Position numbers and translations under genes: made by a program. From the NCBI GenBank assembly GCA_964252035.1, contig OZ176207.1: DNA of 64,000 nt; one strand, written 5' to 3'. Shown piece after piece: positions 56,753 to 64,000 of the stretch. Source of the DNA: Podarcis erhardii. Its lineage: Eukaryota. How positions within the stretch are numbered: the stretch's first letter is position 1; the number at the start of each line of letters is the position of its first letter. The notes below the pieces were generated by a model. It did no database searches, was not told the DNA's origin, and saw only the letters and a program-made list of their open reading frames with translations.

Positions 56753-58662
56753 CCTGTCATTATTTAAAGTAATAAGTCATATTTAAAACACAATCTTATA
56801 GCCAGCTGTAGAGCCATAGGTTTCAGCAAAAGCCCTGCGGTGCCAGGAGAAAGCCAGATATGCTGCCACCATGACAGATACACCAGCAGAACTGCTCAGA
56901 TACACTGGGAAGAGTCATATGGGAAGAGATACATATGGGAAGAGTCATGGTTGTGTCATGGGCAACACATGGTGTGTCTGTTTGTGAGAGGAAGCAGACC
57001 ATATTCTATACTCCTTCAGTTCACTGCCATATATGGTGCAACTTCGCAGCAATCATTTCTCCATCCACAGTGTAACTTTCCATCAGAATGGACACAAAGC
57101 ACTTCCTCTCATGTTTGTTCACCATGCTTCTCATGCCGTGAGTGTTCCCACACTTGGGCAAGCTTGAGAAGCCCCAGCCTACTTCCCAACAGCAGGAGGG
57201 AGCAAGCTTTCTCCATCTTTACCTGGCAGTCTTTGCCTTCTCTACAGCTCCAAGTACCTCAGCAGGACCAAACTCAAAAGCCCTTCCCACCCTTTCCAGC
57301 TCCAGACTTGGAACTGGGGAAGGAAACAGGACATTGCCCCTGGCCGCATGTTTTGTCTTGGTTGCTGGGCCATCAAAAGCACTGCTGTTATCATCGGCAC
57401 ATGTTGATGCCTATGGATTTCTGCCAAGCTACAGCCTACATAGCTTGGACTGCTCACTTAGCACACACACTCTCTCACCATTTTGGTGTGCTCAGTCACA
57501 TGGAGGACAGTAGGTGTTCCGCAACACTCCCAAACATCCACGCGGTCCCATAGTATCATAAGAACTTTTGTTCCTAGACTGACATGACTCTGAATGCTTC
57601 CAGGACCTTTGCTAACCCCATGAACATTCTGACATTTTAATAAATAAATAGAGAGCAGAGACAGCAGTGGGTTTCCCTGGCTCTCCATTTATTTATTCCA
57701 CACCGACCAACATAAGGTTTACTCGCAAGTAAAGCGAGCGCAAGTTGTGGGCTTACTGTACTTACTGAACTATGGAAACTACTAATTGTTCATGAACTTA
57801 GTATGTATAAAGTACACTGCTACAATATATCATTTTTATGGGGTGCAAACCACTTTGGGTAGAGTAATTAGGAAGGTTATTTATAAAATGAAATTAAGTA
57901 AATAGGACCCACCAGAGGTACGTGGCAATTCGTCTCCAGTTTTGGGTAAACAGATTTATCTGCTGAATTCATCAGCTTGATTTTGCCTATTTCTAGCATT
58001 TTCATCTCTATTTATACTTCCTGTGCAATTTCTTATATTTGAAATATTGACTTGGTGAAACAAACTTCCAGATGGGTGTGAAATTCTGGACAGGCCAAGG
58101 CCTGGCAGTGAAACTCTGCCCTCAAGTGGAACCATTAAAAAAGACTTGGCTAAATGAACAGTCCATATGACAATTTTCTTTTCTTAATGTCCCTTACCCA
58201 TCCAGAGACAGCAGACTTTGAGAAGTTTAAGCAATACGTGGGAAAGTGACAACTTTGTAATATAGTACATCTCTACCAAGGTCATTGAGGATGTCCGATA
58301 ACAAACAAACAATAATCACCAAGGTTTCTGAACCAAAAATAAAGAAATCCCCCCCTGCTCACATTTGCTCTTCTTTCTGCTTTTATACTATGAATTTATG
58401 TCTCCTACAACAGAAAAAAACCTATTGTTCAAACTGTTGGTGTTCTCTGTGCAGTGTATATGAACTACAGATTAAGACTTTAGTATTGTGGAAAGTAATT
58501 TTATCTGTAATACTTTCAATTTATTTATATATGTTCTATAATCCAGTTTTCAGTTTGGCAAACAGTATTATTTTTTACTGCCTTTTCCCTTTAAAAATGC
58601 CATTCACTATGTATTCTGCTATCAAGAGCATCGTTCCAGTGCTGCTACTATTTTTTGTGCTT

Positions 58663-58825
58663 GCATTCATACTATAAAGCATATTTAAAGCACATTTCTC
58701 TCTCCCCCAAATATCCTGGGAACTGTAGTTTGTTAAAGCTGGGAACTGTAGCTCTATGATAGATAAACTACAGTTCCTAGGATTCTTTGGGGGAAGTCGG
58801 GTGCTTTAAATGTATGGTGCTATGT
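58663..58825. repeat. Foldback MITE-like element
   Basis: Arms ATTTAAAGCAC..CCCCCAAATATCCTGGGAACTGTAGTTT / AAACTACAGTTCCTAGGATTCTTTGGGGG..GTGCTTTAAAT. Confidence 0.75.
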
Positions 58826-59249
58826 ACAACTGCCAGTATATCAGAAGCTGCTGTCATCTCTGTGTCGCTGCCCCCTGTGGTGAACAACTGGAAATTTCTT
58901 GACAGAAAGGAGTATACAGTAAAAGACTTCCTTTTTCAGCAGATCCTTGTTTGATTGAGAAGACCTACCTGAGCTTTAAGTGTGTTTCTGGCCCTGCTTT
59001 TTTTAAAGGGAGTTACTCCTGGCTTGTTCTACAGGTCTTGCATTCAGGTTTGCTTTCTGGTGCTGATTACTCATCAGTTCTGACCACTGTCTTGTTTCAT
59101 GGCTGCTCCTAACTCATCTATAGCCTGGCCCTAACATGGATCAACCCTATACATGCCTGAAGTAACTCCCATTGAGCTCAGATTTTCAGAGTTCAGGTTT
59201 GATATTTATCCTCATATTATTTTAAAAGATGCTCTGAATACACTTTAGT

Positions 59250-59339
59250 CATAGCTGTCAACTTTTCCCTTTCCTTGCTAGGAATCCTATTCGGAATAAG
59301 GGAATTTCTCTTAAAAAAAGGGAAAAGTTGACAGATATG
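59250..59339. mobile_element. 90-bp hAT-type MITE
   Basis: 22-bp TIRs CATAGCTGTCAACTTTTCCCTT / AAGGGAAAAGTTGACAGATATG (1 mismatch); 8-bp flanks ACTTTAGT / ACTTATGT. Confidence 0.8.
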
Positions 59340-61955
59340 ACTTATGTGCTGTATAAATACTTAGTATGGTTATCCTTTTAGGTTCCATGATTGCACACAC
59401 CAAACAAATCCTTTGAGTTCTACTAATCCCCACCACCTTTTAGACTGTGATGTCACAGTGCTGGGAATCTCAGCCAATGAGATTCCATGTACCTCCACCC
59501 TCCCACCTTTCTCCCTGTCACTTAACCAGCTTTCCTCTTCCTAGTTTTTCCCTGTCTGTCCCACCTGCAGGAACATATCACTCCTGACTAGTATTTGCCA
59601 ACTTGAATTTACTGCTGCACCACTAATCGCCGTAAACATTTGTACAGTATACCAAAATGGGATGCTGGTCTTCTGGAATGTGTCCAAAAGCTTGGCATCA
59701 TCTGATAGATGTTTCAACCCAACCCCATAATGCACCTGACAGTTGGGTATTATTTTATCAGTGTAAGAGGAAATTATTTCCTAAACCCAGCAATAAGGAT
59801 TGTTGCCTCTTTGTTTTTCTCTCTAGCCTGGTGTACTTGCAGATACTATTCTTGTACCCTCCTACATATCTAATCCTATTTTTAATCTTACAAAGCTGTT
59901 TGCCTTTCTAATATCCTGTAGCAGGATATTAACTAGACTTTATTGTCTGCTGGTGTAGTTTTGAATGCTCAGAAGCTTGTCAAGTAACCTGAAATAACTC
60001 AGAATGAGCAGCAGAAAGCAAAGAGCCACCCCTCCACCGCTCTCTAAATGCCATCACCACCCTTTTCACTATAGTCATAAAGAAACAGGATGTTGATTTT
60101 ATTAGCACTGGATTTTTTCATAGATATAATCTGTTTTAGCAGCTAAATGTCTACACAGTTGCTTTGGAGCAAAGCTGGAAAACAAGAAAATGTAGTGAAG
60201 CTCAGAGAGGGAAAAGCAAAAGGAGGGAAAATACATAGCAGTGGGTGAGGAAAGCTACATCAAATTCTTGCAGTTTTATTCACCCTACATGTTCTTTTTA
60301 AAATATATTTATTTATTTGCAAATTTAACAAAGAAAAAAGAAGAAAAGGGGAGAATAATGCTGTAGAAACAACAAAAGAAAGAAAAAGCAGTATGTGAAT
60401 AATACCTATAATAAAAACAAAACAACAAGCATAATCTATCTTCAACCTGTTTTATCTTCAAATCTGGATTACATTAATTTAGTGTGAGCATATGGGTCAA
60501 ATTGAAAGTGATGAGCACCAGTCTATGCAATATCTCTCTAGCTGCAAAAACTGAAGGTGTTATAAATCCTTTCGTTTTATTATTCACAGACCCTGTCATC
60601 CAAATAAAGGTGTTAAATAAACCATCTCTAAAATTACCCAAGCTGGCTAATTCACAAGAGAAACTTGCCAACCTTACATGCTAACAAATATGCCTTTTGA
60701 TAGAAATTAAGACCTAGAAAACTAAAGCAGCCTTCTGATACTGGCAGCAGCATTCTCTTAAGTGAAAAACAAGGCAGAGAAATACCCCAAATAAATTTCC
60801 TAAATGTCCCATTAACCTTTTGAAAACATATATAATTAATATATAATGAAATACCATTTAGTATATATTATTCATGGCAGAATATTATTCTTAAGTGTAT
60901 TAACCTTACCCTAGTACTAAATTTAAGTGATACCCATTTTCCAGATTACTGGAAACCCCCTGAATCAACACACTCAACTCCCCGGCTCAGAAGCTGTATC
61001 AGAAATTATAGGGAAGGCAGTACAAAGTCAATTCACTTGTCTCCTACCTCATGCATGAACCAAAAAGGGAAGATGCCATAACACATTCATTGTGATACCC
61101 AAGTGGGAGATCCCACTGAACCCCAAAACACCTACAGTCAGGGAGAAGTGTGATTGGTTATCAGCACCATCAATGGAGACAGCAGACTGTGATCTATGGA
61201 TTGGTCTTTAGAAGGGCAGGTTTGTCCAGAAATTCATTTGGGCCCCGTGCTGCAAACTTTTCAGCAGGCTTTAAAAGCTCATTTATTTTGGATCACCCTC
61301 TCTTAAATAAAGCCTTCATTATTACAGAGCTTTATTAAGATGGATGGCTTTTCTATGCCTGCAGGAATGTTTATGTTGTTTTATTTGTTTTAGCTGGCCT
61401 CTGTTTTAAAGGATTGTTAATATCACAGCTATTGTAAGTTTCTTTTTCTATGTGGTTTTTTTAATACTGTGTGAGCTGCCTTGAGGCGACCTATAAATAA
61501 TTCTATAAATAAAAATATAAACACTCTGCATCAGAGCCCATACAAATTAAACACACAAAACTAGGCAACACACACACACACACACAAGTCTGGTATACCT
61601 CCTCTAGCAATGGTTGTGCCTTCCTAAGAAGGCTTGTCTCATGCTCTGAGAGCCCAGGCCCATATCTATATTAGAACACCAGGCAACGGCAGCATGGTGG
61701 AAAACTAGGCATAGCTGGAGTGAATGGGTTTGGGACATAGGTCACCTTTACTCTAGAAATACAGTTTGAGTAGACTGGATCAGTAGCGGAAGAAAATATG
61801 CCTGGTTTGGCACCATTACAGGACTGTATTCAGGGCTCGAAGTCTATATAGGTGGATCTACACTCATGGTTTATAACGTTAAGAAAAGGGTTAAGGAACA
61901 ATGTAATGGACACATTATGTTTTGCTGGTAATGTTAATAATGTGTTATTAAAATA

Positions 61956-62206
61956 CAGTCGTACCTCGGAAGTCGAACAGAATCTGTTCCAGAAGTCCGT
62001 TTGACTTCCAAAACATTCAACTTCCCAAACACGGCTTCTGATTGGCTGCAGGAAGCTCCTACAGCCAACCAGAAACCGCAGAAGCCCCGTTGGACATTTG
62101 GCTTCCAAAAGAACGTTTGAAAACCGGAACACTCACGTCCGGTTTTCGATCGTTTGGGAGCTAAAACATTCGACTCCCAAGGCGTTTGGGAGCAAAGATA
62201 CAACTA
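61956..62206. mobile_element. Tigger-like MITE, family C
   Basis: Ends CAGTCGTACCTCGG / AAAGATACAACTA (decayed TIR); TA on both sides; internal inverted repeat TTCTGATTGGCTGCAGGA..TCCTACAGCCAACCAGAA. Confidence 0.75.
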
Positions 62207-62225
62207 TAATGCGTTATTAAAATGT

Positions 62226-62243
62226 AACACCAGAGGGCACTGC
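62226..62243 (+). promoter_or_regulatory. Candidate CTCF site
   Basis: ACACCAGAGGGCACTG differs from the CCACCAGAGGGCAC-type core at one position; motif match only. Confidence 0.4.
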
Positions 62244-64000
62244 AGAGCAACCACGAACCAGGCAGTAAAGGAAACTGATGTTTTGAAGGAACATTTAAGA
62301 TAAGGCACATTTTTTTGGCAGTATTCCTGTGATGTTTTAGAACGATATAGCTAATATAGTTCTAATAACATTAAAAGGGTCATTGTAGATACAGCCTAGG
62401 TTACCAGCCAGGGGCAGTAATGTAGGGTGTATAGGGTGTGTGGTGCATGAAGGGCCTACAGGTTCTTAAGTGGTCCCCCAAATACAGAAATCTTAAATTA
62501 TCATATAAAATAATTTCATTGAATATGACAGTTATATGATAAAGTTTGTTTATATTTTTATTCTCTGAAATTAAAAAATCCAAAACATTCTCTTGCTAAG
62601 CTTCTATGATATCTGCATAGTTTTAATGCTCTTTAAAAAAACCCTATACCTATTCCTGTTGCCATAGTAAGTTTCCAAACTTAACATTGATTTGAGACAT
62701 GCTTTAGGTACATAACCATTCAAGAAGGCTTTCAGGAATAGCTGTGAACATGTTTGGTTGTGAATTTTCTTTGAAAAAGTCAAAAGTTGTCAATGTTTAA
62801 AAAAATGAAAATAGATCTTTAACACATCAATTAATATTATCTATAAAGATTCATATATGAGCACTTTGATGATACATGCTTCATATTTCATTTCATTTCT
62901 TCTTCTCATAATTAATGTTTCATCTCCAGTCAGAAGTTATGTAATTGGATGCTGGTGTACAATCAAACTAAATTGGGAGAATACCTCTAGGAATGGATGC
63001 TATGTGACAATATACTGTTTTTACAGAGGGGGGGGGGGAACATGGCTGTCCCTAAATCTTGTCTGTCAGGGATGGACATGAGCAAGAGCTACATTCCTAC
63101 AAGTGCTCCCAGGCTATAGAAGGCAAAGTGTCACTTGGGGAACATCTTCTCACCAATTGACTCCCTGCCAATTGACTGGTAGTACGACACAAGAATCACT
63201 ATGGATGGAGGATGACTGTCAGTTGACAATGCCAGAAAGCTGTTGCTTCCTGGGGTCTGCCCTGGTTCCCACCTCAAGTGTGATGATTGTGGCTCTTAGC
63301 TGGTAGTAAGAAAGAGATCTTTATTCTGGAAACATGATACAGGCTCAGCACCAAGCATTAAGTTATAACAACTTCAAACTTCTGACTAGGCAACAAAAGG
63401 GCTTGATTGGGCAGAATAGAAACAGAGCTTAAAATTCAAGAGTCGAAGGAGTTCAGGACTACACAGGAGCTATGGAGCTATCCCAATAGATTTCAACACC
63501 CACCCGCCAAGCTTTCAAAGGCGAAGTATGGCAAGGTTATTTGTGAAATCCCTGTGCTAGGGTGGAAGCTTGCAGGCATGCGCTGCACTTGGGAAGGGGA
63601 ACCTGTCCCCACCTGAGGAGGTGTTGCCGGGTCCAAGGCAACAAGGCTGAGTCCTTTCTTTTCAACTCCTGTTCATCCATCCTGAGAAAGCTGGTTGTTG
63701 TCCTCCTTAGCCCCCAATGAGGCTTTCTACTTTCCAGGAGGGAAGGGGAGAGCTGGGCTCTGAGTACTAGATTTGGAGAATGGTGAGGACTTCTCTCTTC
63801 TGTTCCAGTACTTTCTATCTTGAAATTCGAAAGTAAGTTGAGAGCAAGTGCTTCCACCCAGACTGGATAAGAGCAATAATTCCCTGCATTGGACTCTGCC
63901 CTCAGTCACTGTCACACCCATTTCATTATCCATCATTTGGGTCCTTGCCTTCTATTGCCAAACTGTTTGGGGATTTAATGAAGCTGTGGCCTATTTCCAT

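Overview
Vertebrate non-coding DNA, almost certainly from a squamate and probably a lacertid lizard. The evidence is Sauria SINEs, Bov-B LINE ends with (CAA)n tails and lizard-type CR1/L2 elements; the family names come from recalled consensus sequences, not a database search. I recognise no host protein-coding gene, rRNA, true tRNA gene or CRISPR array, so the window reads as a long intron or intergenic region with one 137-N assembly gap (50000-50136). Most explainable structure is transposon-derived: Bov-B, CR1 and L2 LINE fragments, four SINE families, Tc1/mariner, hAT and PIF/Harbinger MITEs (many with terminal inverted repeats, TIRs, and target-site duplications, TSDs), two Penelope-like remnants and three probable solo LTRs. 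The most unusual object is a 766-bp solo LTR (55987-56752, 5-bp TSD) whose U3 is one stop-free reading frame of 212 codons, open from the LTR's second base. This suggests a retroelement protein that reads into the LTR. Other highlights are two LINE/SINE partner pairs sharing 3' tails in the same window, decayed hammerhead-ribozyme cores in the Penelope-like remnants, nested insertions, a MITE with mirror-image microsatellite ends, and a TATA box sitting in the loop of a hairpin.
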